Shown here: one piece after another, positions 40,292 through 49,017 of the stretch | Layout of the letters: every line of letters starts with the position of its first letter | Numbering within the stretch: position 1 is the stretch's first letter | DNA from: an uncultured Candidatus Saccharibacteria bacterium | Lineage (GTDB): Bacteria > Patescibacteriota > Minisyncoccia > UBA6257 > UBA9933 | Length of the DNA: 64,000 nt | Direction: 5' to 3' | Assembly: GCA_964642155.1 (NCBI GenBank) | Contig: CAZXNT010000003.1 | Location: 64,899 to 128,898, forward strand | Program-made: the position numbers and the translations under genes | Notes under the pieces: generated by a model | What the model was told of the DNA's origin: nothing | Seen by the model: only the letters and a program-made list of their open reading frames with translations | The model's database searches: none

Positions 40292-40569
40292 TGCCTCCCA
40301 TCATCTACCAGAGGGAATACGCTTACGCGATTCCCTCTTTTTATTTTTTATAATTTAAAAGAATAAAGAATTTGCCGCTAACCAATACATTTTTCAATAA
40401 TTTTTAAATTGAAAAATGTATTGAAATGAGTTATTATTAACTCATTAGAAAAACTTGAAATTGTCATTCGTGCGGCTCCACCGCCTTCCCGAATTTTCGC
40501 GGGGGGACTTCCTCGCCGCCTGCGGTGGCAAAAGCGGTTCGGACTAATTCAAGAATAGAGCACTTTCTC

Positions 40570-40641
40570 GCGCGCTTAGCTCAGTGGCAGAGCATCTCGT
40601 TTACACCGAGAGGGTCGGGGGTTCGATCCCCTCAGCGCGCA
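40570..40641 (+). tRNA. tRNA-Val(UAC)
   Basis: GCGCGCT...TCTCG-TTTACAC-CGAGA...GGTTCGATCCC...AGCGCGC-A; no encoded CCA. Confidence 0.95.
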
Positions 40642-40664
40642 CAAAAAATATAAAAATAATTTAT

Positions 40665-41096
40665 TTAGCGGATTTTTTCCAATATCTTTTTAATCATTTC
40701 TTCCTGTTTTTCAAGATTTTCCAAAATCGTTTCTATTTCCTTTTCAGCTTTCAAATTTATTTCAAAATCGTTTTCTGCTCTCATTTCGGCGTGCCGTTCT
40801 TGAAGATTTTGGCTTATCATAATAAGCGGTAAAAAGAAAAGCTGAAGCATATTGGAAATAAAAAGCCAAAACACGAATGCTGGAAATGGGTCAAAACGCA
40901 ATTCCATCGGCGTAAAAATATTCCATAAAAACCAGAGAATTGTCCAAATTAAAATAATAAAGAAAAATCCGGTTGTGCCAATGCGGTCGGTAATCCAAAC
41001 CGCGAATTTTTCCGACGGCGTCAGACTTTTTTTATGATTGATATTAACATTCCGAATCGACTTTCTTTGTTTTTTTAATTCGGCTAAAGTACTCAT
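40665..41096 (-). CDS. DUF1003-like membrane protein
   Basis: FDPFPAF, PLIMISQN, AENDFEINLKAE. Confidence 0.85.
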   Translation of the reverse strand: MSTLAELKKQRKSIRNVNINHKKSLTPSEKFAVWITDRIGTTGFFFIILIWTILWFLWNIFTPMELRFDPFPAFVFWLFISNMLQLFFLPLIMISQNLQERHAEMRAENDFEINLKAEKEIETILENLEKQEEMIKKILEKIR

Positions 41097-41174
41097 ATAG
41101 ATATTTTAATATTATACAGTTTGCTTGTAAATCCCCTTCTTGCTTTTAAGCTTTTAAGCTTTTAATATTTGAGA

Positions 41175-41261
41175 GGAGGGTTGGCTGAGTGGTCTAAAGC
41201 GCCGCACTCGAAATGCGGTTGGGGAGAAATCCCCTCAGGGGTTCAAATCCTCTACCCTCCG
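41175..41261 (+). tRNA. tRNA-Ser(CGA)
   Basis: GGAGGGT...CCGCA-CTCGAAA-TGCGG, long variable arm, GTTCAAATCC...ACCCTCC-G. Confidence 0.95.
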
Positions 41262-41310
41262 CAATATTTTTCCGCTACCATTTTAATGGCGGCGGGAAAA
41301 TATATCAGAA

Positions 41311-41442
41311 ATGTAAAGGATTTGAAGACCGCAGCGCAGCGCGAGTTATTGCCGTAGGCGATAAGCGAGCGCCGCGAGGGGCGGCCTGCGAAAAATTTCC
41401 GTCAGGAAATTTATTTGTAGGCAAATCCTCTACCCTCCGCCA
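41311..41442 (+). repeat. Structured element ending in a duplicate of the tRNA-Ser 3' end
   Basis: CAAATCCTCTACCCTCCGC repeated at 41422-41440, followed by CA; GTAAAGGATTTG at 41312 pairs with it. Confidence 0.75.
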
Positions 41443-41786
41443 ATTTTCAGAATTCCCCCCTCCTTATATCTTTGGCCGTCCTTGACCCTCCCGCTCATTC
41501 GCGGACGGCAGCAAGGAACCCCCTTATAGTTTAATATTGCTTTGTTTAAGCTAAAATTAGCTTTTTTTGCGACTCATCATTTGACAGAACAGTTATTTTA
41601 TGCTAAAATTTATTATTGATCTTTGAAAATTTAATTACGCTGCCTAATGAAGAGAATTTCAAATTTTACTTGGAATTTTGTTTGTTGGGCAGCAAACCAT
41701 CCTTTGGATGGTCAAATTTCCAAACCGACCTGGTGAAACTATGATGAAAGTCAAGTTATCAAAAACAGGCGGTATTAGGAGGATGT

Positions 41787-42227
41787 ATGAACAGCTTTAC
41801 TATCAGAACGAAAAAATGGAGTGGAAAAAGTACAGAAAAAAAAGACTTGGGAATCTTCGATATATACCAAGGCAGGCATGATAGGGATGAGGTCTGTGTC
41901 GAAGTAACCCTTTTGGGACATTTCATCCTTCCTGCTCATCGCGAAATAGGTATCTATTCCATCCCAGCAAATCTTGTTGTAAATTCTGCCGAGATAAGAG
42001 TACCTGTTCCCGTGGCCTGCGACACGACAGTGATGATAGGCGACTACATTGTCGCTGGGGCCGTCGGTACTGTTGTACTGGAAGATTTTTTAGCGAAGCG
42101 CTACAAAATTTTTATCCAGGCAAAACAGGAATATGCTGCCCACTATCTTTTACAGCAAATTCTCGGGGGAGAACTGCCTCCGACAATAAGTCTTGAAAAA
42201 CTACAGATAGCAGCAAAGGAGGAATAG
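41787..42227 (+). CDS. Orphan hypothetical protein
   Basis: SD AGGAGG; TTGACA-N17-TAAAAT promoter at 41581. Confidence 0.7.
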   Translation: MNSFTIRTKKWSGKSTEKKDLGIFDIYQGRHDRDEVCVEVTLLGHFILPAHREIGIYSIPANLVVNSAEIRVPVPVACDTTVMIGDYIVAGAVGTVVLEDFLAKRYKIFIQAKQEYAAHYLLQQILGGELPPTISLEKLQIAAKEE

Positions 42228-42334
42228 GTCTTGCAGTAATTGTAATGGCCTCTCCCTTTTACGCGACCTTCTTAAGGAAAAAGGCAAGGGAAGGTTGGGA
42301 GGCAAGCTTCCAATAAAAGTCGTTTCTATATTAT

Positions 42335-42378
42335 AAGCGGGTATGCCACCAACATGGCACACCCGCTTTCTTTTTTTA
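42335..42378 (+). terminator. Intrinsic terminator
   Basis: AAGCGGGTATGCCA...TGGCACACCCGCTT followed by a T run. Confidence 0.7.
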
Positions 42379-42460
42379 AAATTGCATAAAAGTAGGCAAT
42401 ATGCTATATTTTATTTGAAAAGGATTAACTTTTTTAAATATTAATTAAATTATAAACAAT

Positions 42461-43222
42461 ATGTTTGATGAAAGAAAACTAATAAAAATAGAGACTGTGG
42501 ATGAAAAAGGACAAGGCGAATCTGGTTCATCGGTTTCCCGTCAAGCTATTTTAAAAAATTGGGACGAAATAAGGGATACGGCTAATAATGGATTAAATGT
42601 TACGGGAAGCTATAGCCCCGAAGAAGAATTGGAAGATCCCGAAAAATTAAAACACAATCGGTGGAATCGTGAGCAAAGAGTCCAATTGGTGGCTGACACC
42701 ACAACCGTTGTTCCTGAAAAGAGAGCAGAATTTGAAATTGATAACATTTGGGAACAGGTTCTGAGTGATATAAAAGCTTATCGGCAAAATGATATAAATA
42801 AATACGCAAGAATGGCATATGGTGTTAAAAAAATATGGCCTGAAAAATTTTCTGAAATAGACTTTAATGACGATGTTCGTGCTGAAATTAAAGAAAAAAT
42901 AAAAGAAGATCGGATAAATAGCACAAATTGGAGAGTTTGGCCAAATCTTTTAATAATTTCAAAAGAACTCTGCCCCGAAATAATTGAAAAAAATGAATTA
43001 GAAAAAGATCTTGAGGAATTAAGAAGTGTGCTTAAGGTTTGCTATAATACTAACTGGTCAAATTACCTCGATGCTTTGGTTAATTTGAAAATCATTGCCC
43101 CTGAAGAGGTAGCAAAATATTTGGATGAAAAAAGCAAAGAAAATATTAAAAAGATTGTTTCAGATGAAAAGTATAGATATTCGGAAAAAGCAGCTAAATT
43201 AAATATTGTTTCAGGAGAATAA
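42461..43222 (+). CDS. Hypothetical helical-repeat protein
   Basis: 253-aa ORF with recurring hydrophobic-x-PE(K) helical units. Confidence 0.7.
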   Translation: MFDERKLIKIETVDEKGQGESGSSVSRQAILKNWDEIRDTANNGLNVTGSYSPEEELEDPEKLKHNRWNREQRVQLVADTTTVVPEKRAEFEIDNIWEQVLSDIKAYRQNDINKYARMAYGVKKIWPEKFSEIDFNDDVRAEIKEKIKEDRINSTNWRVWPNLLIISKELCPEIIEKNELEKDLEELRSVLKVCYNTNWSNYLDALVNLKIIAPEEVAKYLDEKSKENIKKIVSDEKYRYSEKAAKLNIVSGE

Positions 43223-43555
43223 AAAAATTGTGAAGGGAGATATAAAATGAAAAAATTTGCGCGCATGGGTGGGCTCAGAGCAAGCAAATTTTACTTTTGA
43301 ATAAATATAGCGTAGTCCTGCTTTCCGCCGTTCCGAATTCTCGGAACTCCAAAACAAAAAATTTTCTTTTCCTTTTTGAAAAAAATTTGGGGCGCGCGAC
43401 ATCAAAAAAATGTGGAGAAAATTTTTCTGTTTTGGACGCAATTCGCCGCGGCGAATTGCGGGCGGAAGCGGGCGGAGCGCTAAAAGTCGGAGTCCGGATT
43501 TTCCGCAAAAAAAGTTCGGATTTTAACCAAAAGGCACCGCCGCCAAAAATTAACA

Positions 43556-44272
43556 ATGTCTAATTTTGTAAAAATAATTAAAAAAGTGATGCCTGCCATA
43601 GTGTCTATTGTCGTTTCGGAAAATCTTAAAGAAATTCCGAAAAAACTTATTACTCCGGCAACGCGAAAGAAATTAAAAAAAATCGTTAATAACAACGGCG
43701 ATATTGAAGTTGGCGGCGGTTCGGGATTTATTATTGATAAATCCGGCCTTATCGCCACAAGTAAACACATTGTCGCCGACCCCAAAGCCGATTATACGGT
43801 AATAATAAATAATGGGAAAAAAATCAAGGCAAAAGTTATTTTTCGTTCCCCGCACAATGATATAGCTATTCTAAAAATTTTCAATTTTCATCCGCCAGCT
43901 GGCGGATCAATTTCTAATTTTCAAACACTTAAGCTTGGCAATTCCGATAAAGTCCAATTAGGCGAAAACGTTTTGGCATTTGGAAGTCCGCTTGGAAATT
44001 TCCCCAACACTGTTTCCGAGGGCATTATTTCAGGATTGCACAGGAAGATAAAAGCGGAAACCGACTTAAAACCCGGCGAAGATACTTTGAAAGAAATGAT
44101 TCAAACAGACGCGGCGATAAATCCGGGCAATTCCGGCGGCCCGCTGGTAAATATGAAAGGAGAAGCAATCGGCATTAATACCGTTGCCGTAATGAATGCG
44201 GAAAACATAAGCTTGGCAATTCCCATTAATCCGATAAAGGATATTTTAAAAACTAATAAACGTAATCGCTGA
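43556..44272 (+). CDS. Trypsin-like (HtrA/S1C) serine protease without PDZ domain
   Basis: GGGSGFII, TSKHIV, DIAILKI, IQTDAAINPGNSGGPL. Confidence 0.9.
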   Translation: MSNFVKIIKKVMPAIVSIVVSENLKEIPKKLITPATRKKLKKIVNNNGDIEVGGGSGFIIDKSGLIATSKHIVADPKADYTVIINNGKKIKAKVIFRSPHNDIAILKIFNFHPPAGGSISNFQTLKLGNSDKVQLGENVLAFGSPLGNFPNTVSEGIISGLHRKIKAETDLKPGEDTLKEMIQTDAAINPGNSGGPLVNMKGEAIGINTVAVMNAENISLAIPINPIKDILKTNKRNR

Positions 44273-45176
44273 CCAATAAGCCATCATTGTCAAAAAGGTC
44301 TAAGCGATCGTGCTGGGAATCTAAAATATCGCTGTTCACCCACAATCTCCATTCACTGGACAAAAAATCTTTATCCTGAGAATATTTCTCAAAACAATTT
44401 CCGTATGTGCCGACCGTGTTTAAAAAAGCGCGGCAAACATTTCCTTCGCTGGTCCCCGTAAGAAGAGAATTGTAAAAAGTAACATCAACGGGCTTGCATC
44501 CTCCCAAAGAAAAAAGATATGTCTGGCATTGACCCGATAAATAAGCGACTTCATAACGCGACCTGTATACCATCGGACAGCTTTGCGGTAATAATGGATT
44601 AAAATTAAACGAGTTTTCCAAATATCCCATACATTTATTCAAGCGAAAATTTTTATTTATGGCGCTTGTAGTGCTATAAATATTGACGTAATTATTTGAC
44701 GATAAAATTACGTTTTTTTCTTCATTTGTTCCCGATGGTTTATAAATTTCCACCGCTTTGGGAATAATAAATTCATAACGGTTGCTTTTTAACCGCCAAC
44801 CGGTGATATTAATCGGCGAATCGCCACTTTCCAAACGTGAATAAAGCCTGATTGTTGAAGGTTTATTATATCCCGTACTGAATGACGCCGAAGCAATTCT
44901 TATTTTTTCAAAAAAGGGAGAAAGTTGCTCTCGGCTAAACCCTGATGGAATTCTTGAATTAGAAATCTCTGTTTTTTTAGAAGATATTGTGGCAGAAACT
45001 TGCGGTTGCGTTGAGGGCGCGGTCTTAATTGTCGCTTTTTGCGCCGAGGAAACAATTTTTTCGGTTGACGTCGCATTAAGGCCTTTCTTTAAATCATAAT
45101 CTTTAAAAAATTTAGGCGCGGTAATAACAAAGAATATAATTCCGCCGACAATTACTATAAATAAAATTATTTTCAT
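44253..45176 (-). CDS. Membrane-anchored hypothetical protein (lamin-tail-like, Cys-rich)
   Basis: N-terminal TM; INITGWRL; FRLNKCMGYL. Confidence 0.65.
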   Translation of the reverse strand: MKIILFIVIVGGIIFFVITAPKFFKDYDLKKGLNATSTEKIVSSAQKATIKTAPSTQPQVSATISSKKTEISNSRIPSGFSREQLSPFFEKIRIASASFSTGYNKPSTIRLYSRLESGDSPINITGWRLKSNRYEFIIPKAVEIYKPSGTNEEKNVILSSNNYVNIYSTTSAINKNFRLNKCMGYLENSFNFNPLLPQSCPMVYRSRYEVAYLSGQCQTYLFSLGGCKPVDVTFYNSLLTGTSEGNVCRAFLNTVGTYGNCFEKYSQDKDFLSSEWRLWVNSDILDSQHDRLDLFDNDGLLVSDYVY

Positions 45177-45181
45177 ATTGT

Positions 45182-48106
45182 TTAAATCACGAAATTAATA
45201 AGTTTATTCGGGACAAAAATTATTTTTTTGATTTTTTGCCCGGAAACGGCATTTTTTATTTTCTCCCGCTTTAATATTAATTCTTCCGCTTCTTTTTGAA
45301 CAATGCCGATTTTTGCCGCGACTTTATCTTTAAATTTTCCATTTATCTGAATAATCAATTCAAATTGTTCTTCAATAATCAATTTTAGATTATATTTGGG
45401 CCATTGTTCAATGTGAATGCTTTTAAAAGTTTGTAGTTTATAGTTTGTAGTTTGTAGTTGTTGCCATAATTCTTCCGCCAAATGAGGCGCGAAAGGAGCG
45501 AGTAATTTAATTATCAATTTCCAATTTCCAATTTCCAATGACGGTTGTTTTTCTATTTCATTGAATAAAATCATCAGCGAACTTATTGCCGTATTAAAGC
45601 GAAAGTTTTCAATATCTTCTGTTACTTTTTTGATTGTTTGGTGTAATAACCTTTCAAATTTTGAATTTTGAATTTTAGATTTTGAAATTTTAGAAGTTAT
45701 TTTATATATTCTATTAATAAATCTTTTCATCCCTCTGATTCCGTCTATATCCCAAGCAATACTTTGCATAAACGGTCCGAGGAACATTTCATATAAACGC
45801 AACGAATCCGCGCCGAATTGTTGAATCATATCGTCGGGATTAACCACATTATTCCAACGCTTGGACATTTTTCGCCCGTCTTCGGCCAATATCAAACCTT
45901 GATTAACCAATTTTTTAAAAGGCTCTTTTGTTGAAACTGCCTTAATATCATATAAAAATTTATGCCAAAAACGAGCATATAGAAGATGGCGAGTCGCATG
46001 CTCCACTCCGCCCACATATAAATCAACCGGCAACCATTTATTGATTATCTTTTTATCCCAGACATATTTTTTGCCCTTTTTAATCAAATAGCCGATGTAA
46101 TACCAGCAAGAACCGGCCCACTGAGGCATTGTATTTGTTTCACGCTTGGCAATTCCCTTGCATTTTGGACATTTTATATTCACCCATTTATCAATTTTAA
46201 CCAATGGCGATTCTCCAGTGCCCGTTGGCTCATAATATTTAACGTCCGGCAATTTTACCGGCAGATTATTTTCCGGAATCTGAATCCATCCGGGATTCAT
46301 CAATCCGCCTTTTGTAAATTCTTCTTTTCTATATTTACCACTTTTTATTTTCTTCGCGCAAGCTTCGCAATAAACCAACGGAAACGGTTCTCCCCAATAT
46401 CTCTGACGGGCAAAAACCCAGTCGCGCATTTTATAATTTATTTTTCTAGCGCCGAATTTATTTTTTTCAAGCCACTTTACCATTTTCTCGCGAGCCTTTT
46501 CAGAAGTTAATCCGGAAAATTGACCAGAGTTAACTACAAAACCGTCATCAATAAATGCTGTTTCATTTTCCTTAAGCCTTTTAATCCAAACATCCAATTC
46601 CGCATGGCACAATGTGCCGTAATTAATTTCGCTTTCATCAATCCACATCATCTCATGTTCATCCGCCCAATCTTTATCTACGGCAGATTTTTCATCGTTA
46701 ATCAAATCAAACATAACCGCCGTCGTAAAAGCAATTCTGTTTTCATCTTTATGTTTAGCAAAATATTCCGCCCGTACTTCTCCGCCCAAAATTTTTACCA
46801 ACTTAAGATTTTTATAACCTGTTTCTTCCTCTACTTCTCTTTTTGCCGCATCAACAAAACTTTCATTTTCTTCAATCCCGCCCATTGGAAAAGTAACCCA
46901 TAAAAACTTTTTTGACCTTAAGCATAAAAATTTATTATTTTTCGGATTCCGCACAAGAACATGAACATTTTTTCTTGCTTGTGTTTTTTTACCCTCAACA
47001 GGAGGATTTTTAATATCTACTCTATTGGGAATAATAACTTCTTTAATCGGCAAATTGTATTTTTTAGCAAATTCCCAATCGCGTTCATCATGCGCCGGCA
47101 CCGCCATCACCGCGCCGGTGCCATAATGCCCCAAAACATAATCAGCGACAAAAATAGACACCTCTTCATTATTGAAAGGATTGAGCGCTTTGATACCTTT
47201 TAATTCCACGCCGGTTTTCTCTTTTGCTAAATCAGTTCTTTGTAAGTCGGATTTCTTTTTTGAATCGTCAATATACCGCTTAACTTCTCCATAATTCATA
47301 ATTCCTAATTCATTATTCTGAATAATCGAATGCTCCGGCGCGACCACCAAATAAGTACAGCCGAAAATAGTGTCTAAACGAGTGGTAAATACTTCAATTG
47401 GAAATTGGAAATTGGAAATTGGAAATTTTATAACGGCACCCTGAGATTTCCCTATCCAATTTCTTTGCTGTTCTTTGATTGATTCCGGCCAATCTAATGA
47501 TTTTAAACCGTCCAAAAGTTTTTCCGCATAAGCGGTCATTTTTAAAACCCACTGCCGTAAAGGCTTTTTTTCAATCTCACTACCGCACCTTTCGCACTTG
47601 CCGTTTTCCAAATCTTCCAGAGCCAAACCGGTTTTACAACTTGGACACCAAATAATCGGCTCCCGCGATTCATAAACCAAGCCGTTTTCAAAAAGTTTTA
47701 AAAATATCCATTGAGTCCACTTATAATATTCCAAATCAGTAGTATTGACTTCCTTTTTCCAATCGTAAGTAAAGCCGAATTTGCTAAGCTGTTCTTTAAA
47801 TCGCTTGATATTTTTTTGAACCGCTATTTTGGGATGAATTTTATTTTTAAGCGCGTAATTTTCCGCCGGCAATCCAAAAGCATCCCAGCCCATGGGATGC
47901 AAAACGCTATAACCCTGCATCATTTTAAAACGAGCGACTATATCGGTGGCAATATACCCCCTCGGATGGCCAACGTGAAGCCCGTCTCCCGAAGGATACG
48001 GAAACATATCTAAAACATAGAATTTCTTCGATTTTTTGTAATTTTTATAAATCCCTTCTTTCTCCCATATTTTTTGCCACTTTTTCTCAATCTTGTTGAA
48101 ATCCAT
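45182..48106 (-). CDS. leuS: Leucine--tRNA ligase with inserted NUDIX domain
   Basis: MFPYPSG.GLHVGH, GWDAFGLPAEN, GTGAVMAVPAHDERD, KMSKR; ATG 48106 preferred. Confidence 0.96.
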   Translation of the reverse strand: MDFNKIEKKWQKIWEKEGIYKNYKKSKKFYVLDMFPYPSGDGLHVGHPRGYIATDIVARFKMMQGYSVLHPMGWDAFGLPAENYALKNKIHPKIAVQKNIKRFKEQLSKFGFTYDWKKEVNTTDLEYYKWTQWIFLKLFENGLVYESREPIIWCPSCKTGLALEDLENGKCERCGSEIEKKPLRQWVLKMTAYAEKLLDGLKSLDWPESIKEQQRNWIGKSQGAVIKFPISNFQFPIEVFTTRLDTIFGCTYLVVAPEHSIIQNNELGIMNYGEVKRYIDDSKKKSDLQRTDLAKEKTGVELKGIKALNPFNNEEVSIFVADYVLGHYGTGAVMAVPAHDERDWEFAKKYNLPIKEVIIPNRVDIKNPPVEGKKTQARKNVHVLVRNPKNNKFLCLRSKKFLWVTFPMGGIEENESFVDAAKREVEEETGYKNLKLVKILGGEVRAEYFAKHKDENRIAFTTAVMFDLINDEKSAVDKDWADEHEMMWIDESEINYGTLCHAELDVWIKRLKENETAFIDDGFVVNSGQFSGLTSEKAREKMVKWLEKNKFGARKINYKMRDWVFARQRYWGEPFPLVYCEACAKKIKSGKYRKEEFTKGGLMNPGWIQIPENNLPVKLPDVKYYEPTGTGESPLVKIDKWVNIKCPKCKGIAKRETNTMPQWAGSCWYYIGYLIKKGKKYVWDKKIINKWLPVDLYVGGVEHATRHLLYARFWHKFLYDIKAVSTKEPFKKLVNQGLILAEDGRKMSKRWNNVVNPDDMIQQFGADSLRLYEMFLGPFMQSIAWDIDGIRGMKRFINRIYKITSKISKSKIQNSKFERLLHQTIKKVTEDIENFRFNTAISSLMILFNEIEKQPSLEIGNWKLIIKLLAPFAPHLAEELWQQLQTTNYKLQTFKSIHIEQWPKYNLKLIIEEQFELIIQINGKFKDKVAAKIGIVQKEAEELILKREKIKNAVSGQKIKKIIFVPNKLINFVI

Positions 48107-48138
48107 ATTGAATATGTTATCACCGCAAAAAGAACTTA

Positions 48139-49017
48139 TCAATTACTTTGCGAATTTTGAGGATTGGGGCTGGTTTGAATTTTAAATTCGCCGCTATTCC
48201 AAGAGCTGGAAATCCGCTCTAAACTTTGTCCTTTTATAATTTCATCCCAGCTGATATCTTCAATCGCTTTGCCATCGACATTATAAAGAGTCACCGCATT
48301 GTTTTTATAAGCCAAATTTGTTGAATATAAAATATCCGGCCGTGGTGAGCCCGTCAAACCATATCCATCTTTTTGCGCCAATAAAAGATATTTATGCGGC
48401 ATAATTTTTTTATTTTTAAAATTTCCCGCCACATTGCCCGCCCCAGTATTGTTAGACACAAGTGTTGATATATTACCCGTTGAGTTTCTTTTTTTAATTG
48501 AATAGCCCGTTAAATCAATTACTACGTCATTGGGATTATAAAGTTCAATAAATTCATAGTCCGCGTTGCCGTCAATACCGACTAAAATTTCGCTAATACC
48601 GATATTGATAATATTTGAAGAAGCTTCTTGGGTAGCTGGCGTAACGGGAACAATAGGCGCAACGGCTATTAAAGCGGTTGACGCGATTGGCTCAATCGGC
48701 GCGGTTGATGTTGACGTAGATGCTATAGGCGCAATTGGCGCGACGGGCGCTATGGGCGCGGTTGGCGTGATAATCGAAGTGATATTTGTAATTTTATTAT
48801 TTTTATTATTTTTTAAATCGCTTGTTTGCCGAATAGACGAAGAAACTTGCTGATTTTCCAATAAATCCACTTTACCGACAAATTGAAAACCGTTCGAAGA
48901 AATTTTATCGGCTTTCCCAAAAAGATTTTCCGGCGCGTTAATTTTTATAATGCCGAAATAAGAGGCAAAAATAACAATACCTAAGAAAATTAAAACGACG
49001 ATAATGATGTTTTTCAT
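48139..49017 (-). CDS. Lamin-tail-domain surface protein with Pro/Ala/Thr linker
   Basis: ISEI, EFIELYNP, IDLTGYSI; PIA/PVA repeats. Confidence 0.8.
   Translation of the reverse strand: MKNIIIVVLIFLGIVIFASYFGIIKINAPENLFGKADKISSNGFQFVGKVDLLENQQVSSSIRQTSDLKNNKNNKITNITSIITPTAPIAPVAPIAPIASTSTSTAPIEPIASTALIAVAPIVPVTPATQEASSNIINIGISEILVGIDGNADYEFIELYNPNDVVIDLTGYSIKKRNSTGNISTLVSNNTGAGNVAGNFKNKKIMPHKYLLLAQKDGYGLTGSPRPDILYSTNLAYKNNAVTLYNVDGKAIEDISWDEIIKGQSLERISSSWNSGEFKIQTSPNPQNSQSN

Larger units (their letters stand above)
37816..40563. mobile_element. Minimal integrative element at the tRNA-Ile 3' end (GCAC core at 37816-37819 and 40560-40563)
   Basis: Joining the two ends reproduces the internal inverted attP at 39330-39523; excision would leave tRNA-Ile-tttctc-tRNA-Val. 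Confidence 0.85.
41262..43545. mobile_element. Probable degenerate island at tRNA-Ser (recombinase lost)
   Basis: CCGCCA core at 43540-43545 with a GC-rich arm whose minus strand reads WRRCLLVKIRTFFAENPD, like the attP-form tail WCSILELVRTAF. Confidence 0.5.

Noticed and set aside
40584-41485. ORFs 40584-40832, 41169-41357 and 41213-41485
   Set aside because: Overlap tRNA genes or the opposite-strand CDS
43063-43785. Cluster of short ORFs on both strands
   Set aside because: Arise from the GC-rich att-like tract and antisense of real genes
48640-48770. 9-bp periodicity in the lamin-tail gene
   Set aside because: Ordinary Pro-Ile-Ala linker repeat
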